Origin: Kofleriaceae bacterium
Lineage (GTDB): Bacteria; Myxococcota_A; Polyangia; Haliangiales; Haliangiaceae
Direction: 5' to 3'
DNA: 64,000 nucleotides
Assembly: GCA_041389925.1 (NCBI GenBank)
Contig: JAWKQX010000006.1
Span: 407,837-471,836 of the forward strand
The notes beneath the pieces are model-generated. The model worked only from the letters and a program-made list of their open reading frames with translations. It was not told the origin of the DNA and made no database searches. The translations under genes and the position numbers were made by a program. This document shows positions 39,467 to 48,662 of this stretch, piece after piece; the stretch's first letter is position 1; each line of letters starts with the position of its first letter.

Positions 39467-42400
39467 GTGCTGCCTCGTCGACTCCCCTCACATCCTCTCC
39501 TCGTAGGTGCTCTCTTCCTCGCCGTCGCCGCGTGCGGAGGCGGCGGCGATCCCGACCAGCCGAGCGTCGTCGAGCAGGCGGTGTGGAGCAACGGCGACTT
39601 CGAGAGCGACCCCATCGGCACCACGCCGCCGACCGGGTGGACGCTCACCTCGAACCTCCACCCCGGGATCACCGACACGCGACCGTCGCCGCAGACCTTC
39701 TCCAGCCTCAACCTCGCGGCGGGTGGAACGCTGATGACCGCGGTCGTCGGTGGCGCGCCGGAGTCGCAGCTCGATCTCGATCTGCTCACCAACGGCGTGC
39801 TGCGCTTCCCCAAGTACGGGCAGCGCGCGACGAGGGTCAACTCCAACGCGGCGAACGCGGGCACCTCGCGCAACGTCAACACGCTCAAGCAGACCATGAC
39901 GGTGAGCCTGGGCGACGTCGATCCCGTCGACAACAAGGTCCACGTGCGCTTCGCGGTGGCCCCGGTGCTGGAGAACCCCGGCCACTCGTACACGTCGCAG
40001 CCGTACTACTTCGTCCGGCTGCAGAACCTGACGAAGGGCCTCACCGTCTACCAGGACTTCAACGCCAGCGGGCAGCCTGGCGTGCCGTGGCAGAACTTCA
40101 CGGACACGAGCGGGCAGGCGGCGCAGTTCACCAACTGGCAGCTCGTCGACGTCTCCCCGGGGGACACCCAGCTCGCGGTGGGGGACCAGGTGGAGCTGAT
40201 GGTCATCGCCGCGGGCTGCTCCGCCGGGGGTCACTGGGGGCACGTCTACGTCGACGCGGTGGGCTCCGGCGTACCGGGCCTGTACTCGTGGGCGACCGGC
40301 CCGCAGCTCGCCAACGCGGGCTCCACGATCACCTACACGCTCAACTACAAGAACGGCGGCACCACCACGACCAACGGCACCCGGCTCGACTTCGTCACAC
40401 CGCCGGACACGACGTTCCAGTCGGTGAGCCTCGGCGCCGCGTGCACCACGCCCGCCGTGGGCGCCACCGGCACGGTGAGCTGCCCGATCGGCACGCTCGC
40501 CAACGGCTCGACGGGCTCCTTCCAGGTCACCGTGAACATCCCGCCGGCGACGCCGAACGGTACCGTCATCCTCAACGGCAACTACTCCATCTACGCCACC
40601 GGCATCTCGGCGCTGATCGGACCCAAGGTCTTCACCACCGTCACCAACTCGGTGTCGTACGCCGACCTCGGCGTGACGATCAGCGACGGCGTCGCGGCGA
40701 TCGCGTGGGGTCAGCCCACCACGTACACCATCGACGTGACCAACGACGGTCCGGTGGCGGCGCCGGTGGCCACGGTGACCGACACCATGCCGGCGCAGCT
40801 CACCGGCGTGACCTGGACGTGCGCGGCCAGCGGCGGCGGCACGTGCACCGCGTCGGGGAGCGGCAACATCAATGACGCGGTGTCGCTGCCGGTCGGCGCG
40901 CACCTCGTCTACACCGTGTCGGCGGCGATCATCGCCGGCTCGGGGAGCGGCCAGGTGATCAACACCGTCACGGTCGCCACCGGCGGCGGGGTCACCGATC
41001 CCGACACCACGAACAACACCGCGCTCGACACCGACGCGATCGGCACGCTGCGCACGCTGACCTTGACCAAGCTGGGGACGGTCTCGGGCGGCCTGGTCAG
41101 CTCGGTGCCGACCTCGATCTCGTGCGGCACCGGCTGCGCCAGCGACAGCGGCCAGTTCCTCGACGGCTCGCAGGTGGTCCTCACCGCGGCGCCGGTGGTG
41201 GGCGCGACCTTCACCGGCTGGGGTGGGGCCTGCTCCGGCACCGCGACGAGCTGCACCGTGACGATGACCGGCGACCAGAGCGTGACGGCGTCCTTCACCG
41301 GCGCGCCCGCGGCGATCAGCGTGGTCGGCGGCGGAGCGCAGAGCACGACGATCAACACCGCCTTCGCCTCGCCGCTGCAGGTCCTGGTGACGGACGCCGG
41401 GGGCATCCCGGTGCCCGGCGCCGCGGTCGCCTTCGCCGCGCCGGGCAGCGGCGCCTCGGCGACCTTGAGCGCGACCACCGCGACCACCAACGCCGCCGGT
41501 CTCGCCAGCGTCACCGCGACGGCGAACGGCACCGCCGGGACCTACTCGGTCACCGCCACGGTCAGCGGCGTGCCCCCGGCCTCGTTCTCGCTGAGCAACG
41601 TCGGCATCCCGACCTCGATCAGCGTGGTCAGCGGCAGCGGCCAGAGCGCCACGGTGAACACCGCCTTCGCGGCGCAGCTCGTCGCGGTGGTCCGAGACGC
41701 GGCGAGCCAGCCCGTCCCCGGGATCACCGTCACCTTCACCCCGCCGGCCAGCGGCGCCGGGGCGACGCTGAGCGCGGCGACCGCGGTCACCAACGCCAGC
41801 GGCCAGGTGAGCCTCAACGCGACCGCGAACACCGTCGCGGGCTCCTACGCGGTGACCGCCTCGGTCGTCGGCGTGGTGACGCCGGCGAGCTTCGCGCTCA
41901 CCAACACGGCCGGCGCGCCCGCGACGTTGACGTTGCTCGGCGCGACGACGCGCTCGGCGACGGTCGACGCGTCGCTGGGGACCTTCACCGCCCAGGTGAC
42001 CGATGCGTTCGGCAACCCGGTGTCGGGCGTCACCTTGACCTTCAGCGCGCCCGGCAGCGGCGCGACCGCGCTGCTCAGCAGCGGCACCTCCGTGACCAAC
42101 GCGAGCGGCCAGGCCAGCATCACCGCCACCGCGGGCGCCGTCGCCGGCTCGTACGCCCTCATCGTGAGCGGCACGGGCCTCGCCTCGCAGAGCTTCGCGC
42201 TCACCAACACCGCGGGCGCGCCGGCGTCGCTGGCCATCGTCAGCGGCGACAACCAGCAGGCCACCGTCGACGGCGCGTTCGCGCCGCTCGTCGTCGTGGT
42301 GCGCGACGGCCACGGGAACCCGGTGCCCGGCGCCACCGTGAGCTACGCGGCGCCTGGCGCCGGCGCCACCGCGGTCGTCACGCCGTCCGCGATCACCGAC

Positions 42401-45400
42401 GCCGCGGGGCAAGCGAGCGCCGCCGCGACGGCGGGCGCGATCGCCGGGGCGTTCGCCGTCACCGCCTCGGTCACCGGCGTCACGCCGGTGTCGTTCGCGC
42501 TGGAGAACCTCGCCGGCGCGCCGGCCGCGATCTCGATCGCCTCCGGCTCTCCGCAGACCACCGCGGTGACGACCGCCTTCTCCGCGCCGCTGGTGATCCG
42601 CGTCGTCGATGTGCACGGCAACGCCGTGCCGGGCGCCGCCGTGACGTTCACGCCGCCGGGCAGCGGCGCCTCCGCGAGCCTCAGCGCCACCACGGTGAGC
42701 ACCGACGCCAGCGGCCTCGCGCAGAGCGACGCCACCGCCAACACGGTCGCCGGCAGCTACGCGGTCACCGCCTCGGTCGCCGGCGTGGCCACCCCCGCGA
42801 GCTTCGCGCTCACCAACACCGCGGGTCCGGCGACCACGCTGACCCTGCTGGCGCCGACCTCGCGCACCTCGGTGGTCACCGGCTCGCTCGGCACGCTCAC
42901 CGCGCAGCTCCGCGATGCGTTCGGCAACCCGGTGCCCGGCGCGACGGTGTCGTTCAGCGCGCCGGCGTCCGGCGCCACCGCGACGCTCAGCGCCGGCTCC
43001 GCCACGACCAACGCGAGCGGCCAGGCCAGCATCACCGCGACCGCGGGCACCATCGCCGGCGCGTTCGCGATCACCGTGAGCGCCACCGGCACCGTCTCGC
43101 AGACCTTCCTGATCACGACGACGCCCGGCGCGCCCGCATCGCTGTCGATCGTCAGCGGCGATCCGCAGAGCGCGGTGGTCGACGCCGCGTTCGCGCCGCT
43201 CGTCGTGGCGGTGCATGACGCCCACGGCAACGTGGTGCCGGGGGCGACCGTGACCTTCACCGCGCCCGGCGCCGGCGCCACGGCGAGCGTCGACGGCAGC
43301 GCGGACACCGACGGCCTGGGCGTGGCGACCGCCGCGGCCACCGCGGGCACCGTCGCCGGCAGCTACACGGTGGTCGCGTCGCTCGGCGCGCTCGCGCCGG
43401 TCTCCTTCACCTTGCAGAACCTGCCCGGCGCGCCGGCCTCGCTCGCGCTCGTCGGTGGCGGCGATCAGAGCGCCGTGGTCACCACGCCGTTCGGCTCCCC
43501 GATCGCGGTGCGCGTGCTCGACGCGCACGGCAACCCGGTGCCCGGCGCGACCGTCACCTTCACCCCGCCGGGCGCCGGCGCCTCCGCGACCCTCAGCGCG
43601 TCGGTCGTGACCAGCGACGCCAGCGGCGTCGCGCAGATCAGCGCGACCGCCAACACGGTGGCCGGCGCGTACGCGGTCGGCGTCGCCGTCGCCGGCGTGG
43701 CGACCCCGGTGAGCGTGGCGCTCACCAACACCCCGGGCGCGCCGGCGTCGATCAGCGTGACCTCCGGCGGCGCGCAGAGCACCGTCATCGAGACCGCGTT
43801 CCCGCTCCCGCTCGGGGTGATCGTCCAGGACGCGCATGGCAACCCGGTGCCCGGCGCGACCGTCTCGTTCTCCGCGCCGGCCAGCGGCGCCACCGCGGCG
43901 CTGTCCACCTCGACGCTCACCACCGACGGCGGCGGCCTCGCGCAGAGCTCCGCTACCGCGAACTCGATCTCGGGCAGCTACCTGATCACGGCCGCGGTCG
44001 CGGGCGTCGTCACCTCGGCGCAGTTCAGCCTGCGCAACACCGCGGGCGTCGCGGCGACCATCGACATCGTCTCGGGCGGCGCGCAGGAGACCGTGGTCGC
44101 CACGCCGTTCCCGCAGCCGCTCGTCGTCCTGCTGCGCGACGCCTCGGGGAACCCGGTGCCGGGCGTCTCGGTGCGCTTCGCCGCGCCGCCGAGCTCGCCG
44201 AGCGCCGCGCTCTCCGCGGAGGTCGCGCTGAGCGATGACGCCGGCCTCGCGACCATCACCGCGACCGCGGACCCGCGGGCGGGCAGCTACGACGTCACCG
44301 CCGAGCTGCGGCCCGGCGTGACCGCGACCTTCTTCCTGCGCAACCTGCCCGGCGCGCCCGCGCAGCTCCGCGTCGGCGCGGCCAGCTCGCCGCAGTCCGC
44401 CACCGTGCTGACCGACTTCGTCGAGACCTTGCTGGTGCGCGTCGAGGACGCGTTCGGCAACCCGGTGCCGGGCGTGACCGTCAGCTACCAGGCGCCCGGC
44501 GCCGGCGCGACCGCGACCCTGACCTCCTCGACCGCCGTCAGCGACACGTTCGGCGAGTGCGAGGTCGGGGCCACCGCGGGTGCGGTGACCGGCCTCTACC
44601 TGGTGACCGCGACGGTGTCCGGCGTCGCCGACGCGGCCGTCTTCGCGCTCACCAACCTCGCCGGCGCCCCGACCTCCGTGGTCGCGGAGGCCGGCGCGGC
44701 GCAGGCGACCGAGGTGGACACCGACTTCGCCGAGCCGCTCACCGTGCGCGTGCTCGACGCGCTCGGCAACCCGGTGCCGTCCGCGGTGGTCAGCTTCGCG
44801 GCGGCCGCCACGCCGGCGACCGCGGCCCTGTCGGCGTCGTCGGTGGCCACCGACGGCGAAGGCCTCGCCTCGGTGATCGCCCACGCGAGCACCGTGACCG
44901 GCAGCCACGTCGCGACCGCGGTCGTCGACGGCGCCGCCACCCCGGTGATCTTCTCGCTCACCAACACGCCCGGCGCGCCGGACTCGGTCACCGTCGGCGC
45001 GGTGGCCTCGCCGCAGCAGGCGGAGGTGACCACCGCGTACCCGCACGACCTGCTGGTGCGCGTCGCCGACCGCTTCGGCAACGCGATCCCCGGCGTCGAG
45101 GTCACCTACGCGGCTCCGGACAGCGGCGCCACCGGCGTCCTGTCGTCGACCACCTCCACCAGCGATGACGCCGGGCTCGCGTCCGTCGGGATCGTCGCGG
45201 GGACGCAGGCCGGCCCGTTCACGGTGACGGCCTCGGTCGCCGGCGTGCTCCTCTCGGCGCAGTTCCAGCTCACCAACCTCGCCGGCGCGGCGCACACGCT
45301 GTCGCTGGTCTCCGGCGACGGTCAGGTGACCACCGTCGACACGGCGTTCGCGGAGCTGCTCCTGGTGCGCGTGACCGACATCTTCGGCAACCCGGTGGCG

Positions 45401-47545
45401 GACGAGCAGGTCACCTTCACCGCCGAGGGCAGCTCGGCCACCGCCAGCCTGGGCACGCTCAGCGTGGCCACCGACGCGCAGGGCCTGGCGAGCACCTCGG
45501 CGACGGCCAACACCGTCTCCGGCAGCTACCTGGTCCGCGCCACCTCGGCGCAGGGTGCCACGCCGGTGGCGTTCACGCTGCGCAACGCCGCGGACGTGCC
45601 CGCGACGATCATCGTCGCCCCCGCCGCTACGCCGCAGAGCGCCGAGGTGCTGCACGCGTACACCGCGCCCCTGGAGGTGACCGTCCTGGATCGCTTCGGC
45701 AACCCGGTGCCCGGCGCGGTCGTGACCTACACGAGCGCAACGGGCCCCGGCGCCTCGCTGTCCGCCGCGCAGGTGACCACCGATGGCACCGGCGCCGCCC
45801 AGGTGCTCGCCATCGCCGACGAGGTCGCGGGCGCGTATCAGGTCCAGGCCACCGTGGACGGCGTCGCCACCCCGGCGACGTTCGAGCTGACCAACACCGC
45901 GTCCGCGCCCGGCCGCGTCGTCGTCGCGCGCGGCGACGGCCAGAGCGCGATGGCGCTGGTCGCGTACGCCGAGCCGCTGGTGTTCCTCGTGCTCGACGGC
46001 TTCGGCAACCCGGTGCCGGGCGTCAGCCTGAGCGTCACGATGCCGAGCGACGGTCCGCGCGCCGCGCTGACCACGCAGGTGATCGGCTCCGACGCGGCCG
46101 GCGAGGTCGGCCTGCAGCTCCAGGCCGCCGATGAGCTCGGCACGTTCCAGATCTCCGCGACCGCTCCCGGCGTGGCCGTGGCCGCGACCGCGTCGCTGTC
46201 GGTGACGCCGATCCCGACCGAGGTGACCGCCAGCGCGCCAAAGAGCGTCGCGGTGGACCAGCCGGCGCAGGTCACCATCGAGGTGTCGGCCCCCGTCGGT
46301 ACGCCCGCGGGTGAGCTCGAGATCGTGGTCGACGGCGGAGCCGCGGTGGTGTCCGCGACCCTGAAGGGAGGCCGCGTCGTCGCCCCGGTGCCGCTGAGCG
46401 TGACCGGCGCGCACACGCTCGCCGTGCGCTACCCGGCGCAGGGGCCGTTCGAGGCCAGCGAGACCGCGGCGTTCACCATCGACGCGACCGGCGACTCGGG
46501 CACGCTCTCGGGCTCCGGCGGCTGCGATAGCGGCGGCGGCGGCTCGCTCGCGCTCGGCCTGCTCGTGCTCGCGTTCGCGGGGGCTCGTCGGCGGCGCGCC
46601 GGGGCCGCCGCCTCAGCGCTCGCGCTCGCGCTCGTCGCGTGGGCCGGCTCGCCGGCGCGCGCGCAGGAAGACACCACGCGCTCGATCAACCGCTTCCACG
46701 CCGCCTCCGCCGAGAGCGACTGGTTCGCGCTCGACTCGCTGGCGTTCGACGGCGCGCTCGACGTCGCCTTCGCGCAGACCTGGGACTACGCGCACCGCCC
46801 GCTGGTGGTGTACGACGCCGACGGCACCGCCCGCGCCGCGGTGATCCGCAACGCCTTCGTCGCGCACACCGGCGCGAGCGTGACCCTCCGCGAGCGCTTC
46901 CGCCTCTCCACGTCCGTGCCGATGGCGGTGTTCCAGAACGGCGATGACGGGACCTTCAACGGCGAGCCCCTCGCCGGTCCGAAGTTCGCCTTCGGCGACA
47001 TGCTGCTCGCCGGTGACGTGCGCGTGCTCGGCGCCGCCGGCGCCCCGCTCCGCGCCGCGGTCGGCCTGCGGGTGAGCTTGCCCACCGGCTCGCGGACGCA
47101 CTACATGAGCGACAGCAAGTTCGCGCTGGAGCCGCGCGGCATGATCGCCGGCAGCCGCGGCGCGCTCGAGTACGCCGCGGAGCTCAGCCTGGCGCTGCGC
47201 AGCGAGACCTCGTTCGCCGGGGAGCCCTTCGGCAGCGAGCTCCGCTACGGGGCGAGCTGCGGGGCGCGGCTCCTGGAGCGCCGGCTCCTGATCGGCCCTG
47301 AGCTCAGCGGCGCGCTCCCGCTCACCAGCGGCAGCGCCACCGGCCACCCGACGGAGCTCGGCGTGGGCGCTCACTACGCGGTGGCGCCGGACGTGCTGCT
47401 CGGCGCGGGGCTGTCCGCGGGTCTGGTCAACGCCGTCGGCACGCCCGATCAGCGCCTCTTCCTCTCGGTCTCGTGGTCGCCGACCGCGGTCGCGGCGCGG
47501 CGGCGCGCGTCCACCGACGCCATCGACGCCGTCGCCCGTCGCTGA
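39467..47545 (+). CDS. Giant cell-surface lipoprotein adhesin: N-terminal domain, 2x DUF11, InlB B-repeat, about 16 Big_1 (bacterial Ig-like) repeats, MYXO-CTERM-like motif, then C-terminal beta-barrel-like domain
   Basis: GTG start. Lipobox LFLAVAAC. DUF11-like segments (GSTITYTLNYKNGG ... ; QPTTYTIDVTNDGPVAA ... DPDTTNNTALD). InlB-B-like segment (TLTKLGTVSGGLVSS ... CTVTMTGDQSVTASFT). About 99-aa repeats with consensus TNTAGAPASLxIVSGDxQSAxVxTAFAxPLVVxVxDAxGNPVPGAxVTFxAPxSGAxAxLSxxxxxTxAxGxAxxxATANTVAGSYxVTASVxGVxTPxxFxLTN. GCDSGGGGSLALGLLVLAFAGARRRR at 46511..46600. About 315 further residues in frame. Confidence 0.8.
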   Translation: MLPRRLPSHPLLVGALFLAVAACGGGGDPDQPSVVEQAVWSNGDFESDPIGTTPPTGWTLTSNLHPGITDTRPSPQTFSSLNLAAGGTLMTAVVGGAPESQLDLDLLTNGVLRFPKYGQRATRVNSNAANAGTSRNVNTLKQTMTVSLGDVDPVDNKVHVRFAVAPVLENPGHSYTSQPYYFVRLQNLTKGLTVYQDFNASGQPGVPWQNFTDTSGQAAQFTNWQLVDVSPGDTQLAVGDQVELMVIAAGCSAGGHWGHVYVDAVGSGVPGLYSWATGPQLANAGSTITYTLNYKNGGTTTTNGTRLDFVTPPDTTFQSVSLGAACTTPAVGATGTVSCPIGTLANGSTGSFQVTVNIPPATPNGTVILNGNYSIYATGISALIGPKVFTTVTNSVSYADLGVTISDGVAAIAWGQPTTYTIDVTNDGPVAAPVATVTDTMPAQLTGVTWTCAASGGGTCTASGSGNINDAVSLPVGAHLVYTVSAAIIAGSGSGQVINTVTVATGGGVTDPDTTNNTALDTDAIGTLRTLTLTKLGTVSGGLVSSVPTSISCGTGCASDSGQFLDGSQVVLTAAPVVGATFTGWGGACSGTATSCTVTMTGDQSVTASFTGAPAAISVVGGGAQSTTINTAFASPLQVLVTDAGGIPVPGAAVAFAAPGSGASATLSATTATTNAAGLASVTATANGTAGTYSVTATVSGVPPASFSLSNVGIPTSISVVSGSGQSATVNTAFAAQLVAVVRDAASQPVPGITVTFTPPASGAGATLSAATAVTNASGQVSLNATANTVAGSYAVTASVVGVVTPASFALTNTAGAPATLTLLGATTRSATVDASLGTFTAQVTDAFGNPVSGVTLTFSAPGSGATALLSSGTSVTNASGQASITATAGAVAGSYALIVSGTGLASQSFALTNTAGAPASLAIVSGDNQQATVDGAFAPLVVVVRDGHGNPVPGATVSYAAPGAGATAVVTPSAITDAAGQASAAATAGAIAGAFAVTASVTGVTPVSFALENLAGAPAAISIASGSPQTTAVTTAFSAPLVIRVVDVHGNAVPGAAVTFTPPGSGASASLSATTVSTDASGLAQSDATANTVAGSYAVTASVAGVATPASFALTNTAGPATTLTLLAPTSRTSVVTGSLGTLTAQLRDAFGNPVPGATVSFSAPASGATATLSAGSATTNASGQASITATAGTIAGAFAITVSATGTVSQTFLITTTPGAPASLSIVSGDPQSAVVDAAFAPLVVAVHDAHGNVVPGATVTFTAPGAGATASVDGSADTDGLGVATAAATAGTVAGSYTVVASLGALAPVSFTLQNLPGAPASLALVGGGDQSAVVTTPFGSPIAVRVLDAHGNPVPGATVTFTPPGAGASATLSASVVTSDASGVAQISATANTVAGAYAVGVAVAGVATPVSVALTNTPGAPASISVTSGGAQSTVIETAFPLPLGVIVQDAHGNPVPGATVSFSAPASGATAALSTSTLTTDGGGLAQSSATANSISGSYLITAAVAGVVTSAQFSLRNTAGVAATIDIVSGGAQETVVATPFPQPLVVLLRDASGNPVPGVSVRFAAPPSSPSAALSAEVALSDDAGLATITATADPRAGSYDVTAELRPGVTATFFLRNLPGAPAQLRVGAASSPQSATVLTDFVETLLVRVEDAFGNPVPGVTVSYQAPGAGATATLTSSTAVSDTFGECEVGATAGAVTGLYLVTATVSGVADAAVFALTNLAGAPTSVVAEAGAAQATEVDTDFAEPLTVRVLDALGNPVPSAVVSFAAAATPATAALSASSVATDGEGLASVIAHASTVTGSHVATAVVDGAATPVIFSLTNTPGAPDSVTVGAVASPQQAEVTTAYPHDLLVRVADRFGNAIPGVEVTYAAPDSGATGVLSSTTSTSDDAGLASVGIVAGTQAGPFTVTASVAGVLLSAQFQLTNLAGAAHTLSLVSGDGQVTTVDTAFAELLLVRVTDIFGNPVADEQVTFTAEGSSATASLGTLSVATDAQGLASTSATANTVSGSYLVRATSAQGATPVAFTLRNAADVPATIIVAPAATPQSAEVLHAYTAPLEVTVLDRFGNPVPGAVVTYTSATGPGASLSAAQVTTDGTGAAQVLAIADEVAGAYQVQATVDGVATPATFELTNTASAPGRVVVARGDGQSAMALVAYAEPLVFLVLDGFGNPVPGVSLSVTMPSDGPRAALTTQVIGSDAAGEVGLQLQAADELGTFQISATAPGVAVAATASLSVTPIPTEVTASAPKSVAVDQPAQVTIEVSAPVGTPAGELEIVVDGGAAVVSATLKGGRVVAPVPLSVTGAHTLAVRYPAQGPFEASETAAFTIDATGDSGTLSGSGGCDSGGGGSLALGLLVLAFAGARRRRAGAAASALALALVAWAGSPARAQEDTTRSINRFHAASAESDWFALDSLAFDGALDVAFAQTWDYAHRPLVVYDADGTARAAVIRNAFVAHTGASVTLRERFRLSTSVPMAVFQNGDDGTFNGEPLAGPKFAFGDMLLAGDVRVLGAAGAPLRAAVGLRVSLPTGSRTHYMSDSKFALEPRGMIAGSRGALEYAAELSLALRSETSFAGEPFGSELRYGASCGARLLERRLLIGPELSGALPLTSGSATGHPTELGVGAHYAVAPDVLLGAGLSAGLVNAVGTPDQRLFLSVSWSPTAVAARRRASTDAIDAVARR
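41290..46200 (+). repeat. Tandem array of about 16 near-identical about 297-bp coding repeats (Big_1 units) inside the giant adhesin gene
   Basis: DNA-level recurrence of blocks such as caccaacaccgcgggcgcgccggcgtcgct ... cggcaacccggtgcccggcgcgac ... at about 297-bp period. Protein-level repeat consensus as given for the adhesin. Confidence 0.7.
46511..46600 (+). other. MYXO-CTERM-like sorting motif (Gly-Cys, Gly-rich, hydrophobic helix, RRRR) located internally in the adhesin ORF
   Basis: SGSGGCDSGGGGSLALGLLVLAFAGARRRR fits the tripartite MYXO-CTERM architecture. It is not at the C-terminus. An in-frame GTG at 46565 followed by RRRRAGAAASALALALVAWAGSPARA/QE would make a canonical Sec signal peptide. 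Confidence 0.5.
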
Positions 47546-47611
47546 TCGGGCCGCCCTGCACTTCGATCTGGATCGCGTCGCGCGCTGTGATAGATCTGAA
47601 GGAACGCTCGC

Positions 47612-48481
47612 GTGTCGTCTGGTGGGCGGGAACGAGAGGATCTCAGCGTGTCTCACGAACAAGGTCGGGCGCAGGGCAGCTTCGCCGCGGTGGTGCTCAT
47701 CGCGGGGCTCGGGATCTCGGGCGCGCGCGCCGCGCCCGCGCCGCGCGACGTCGAGAACCCGTTTCCGCTCACCAACTCCACGCCGGTGTCCCGCGAGCGC
47801 AGCGAGCCGCCCGCGGAGCCGGAGGTCTACGAGGTGGAGGTCCAGGACACCGAGCGGAGGGACGAGTTCGGCGAAGCGCCGCCCGTCGCCGAGGCTCCTC
47901 GGCGCCGGAGCCGGCTGCAGGACTACCAGCCGCCGCCGCCGGAGCCGCTCGTGCGGATCACCGCCTCTGGCGGGTACGATGACGGCGCGGCGCCGATCGT
48001 CCAGGTGCGCTATGACGACGGCACCGAGGAGATGCTCCACGCCAACCGCGGGCCATACGTCGCTGCGGGGGTCGCGGTCAACGCGCTCACCCTCGGCGAC
48101 TTGCGCGTCGGCGCCCACGGCGCCGCGTCGCTGAAGTGGGCCCAGCTTCGCGCCGAGGGCGGCTCGGTCACCTACACCGCGGCTTCGCTCGAGGCCAAGG
48201 CGCGCGCGGAGCTGCGCTACCTGCGCCTCGCGTGCGGTATGACGTACACCGTGGCCTCGTCGATCTCCGGCACTGGAACGCTGCACGAGCTCAACGCCGA
48301 TCTCGAGCGCTCGCTCGGCCTGGTCGGCGAGCTCGGGCTGGTCTCAAACGCCCTGGTCAACGGGGGCCGTACGCGCCTCACCGGAGGCGTCCGCTTCATC
48401 AAGCAAGACCTGACGGATCGCGCGACCGGTGCGACGGTCTCCGCGAACTCGATGGGCTTCTTCGGCGGCGTCGAGTACTGA
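47612..48481 (+). CDS. Secreted hypothetical protein, beta-rich
   Basis: Internal signal-like segment FAAVVLIAGLGISGARAAPA. Pro/Glu-rich spacer. Beta-strand-patterned C-terminal domain ending FFGGVEY. Start uncertain. Confidence 0.4.
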   Translation: MSSGGREREDLSVSHEQGRAQGSFAAVVLIAGLGISGARAAPAPRDVENPFPLTNSTPVSRERSEPPAEPEVYEVEVQDTERRDEFGEAPPVAEAPRRRSRLQDYQPPPPEPLVRITASGGYDDGAAPIVQVRYDDGTEEMLHANRGPYVAAGVAVNALTLGDLRVGAHGAASLKWAQLRAEGGSVTYTAASLEAKARAELRYLRLACGMTYTVASSISGTGTLHELNADLERSLGLVGELGLVSNALVNGGRTRLTGGVRFIKQDLTDRATGATVSANSMGFFGGVEY

Positions 48482-48662
48482 TCTTACGCAGGCTCACCTG
48501 GGTTGCCTCGCCGCGCTTCGCCTGATGCGCCTGATGCGTGTGACGCGCGTGATGCGCGAGCCTTCGCTGCGTACTCGTCTAGGGCGTCCGGGACCGGCCT
48601 CCGCCGCGCCTTGGCCTCGCGCGCCAGGCTGTGCGGGGGCGGGTCGAGCGGGGGCCGCGCGC

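Noticed and set aside
41290-46200. Possible CRISPR array or mobile-element repeats
   Set aside because: Repeat period is about 297 bp, in frame, and encodes Ig-like Big_1 domains. There are no short direct repeats with unique spacers, and no transposase, integrase or terminal inverted repeats anywhere in the window.
39488-46414. 2308-aa ORF on the minus strand spanning the adhesin repeat region
   Set aside because: Translation is low-complexity and Arg/Gly/Asp/His-rich with no domain signatures. It is the antisense frame of a clearly coding, lipoprotein-led Big_1 repeat protein on the plus strand. Typical high-GC shadow ORF.
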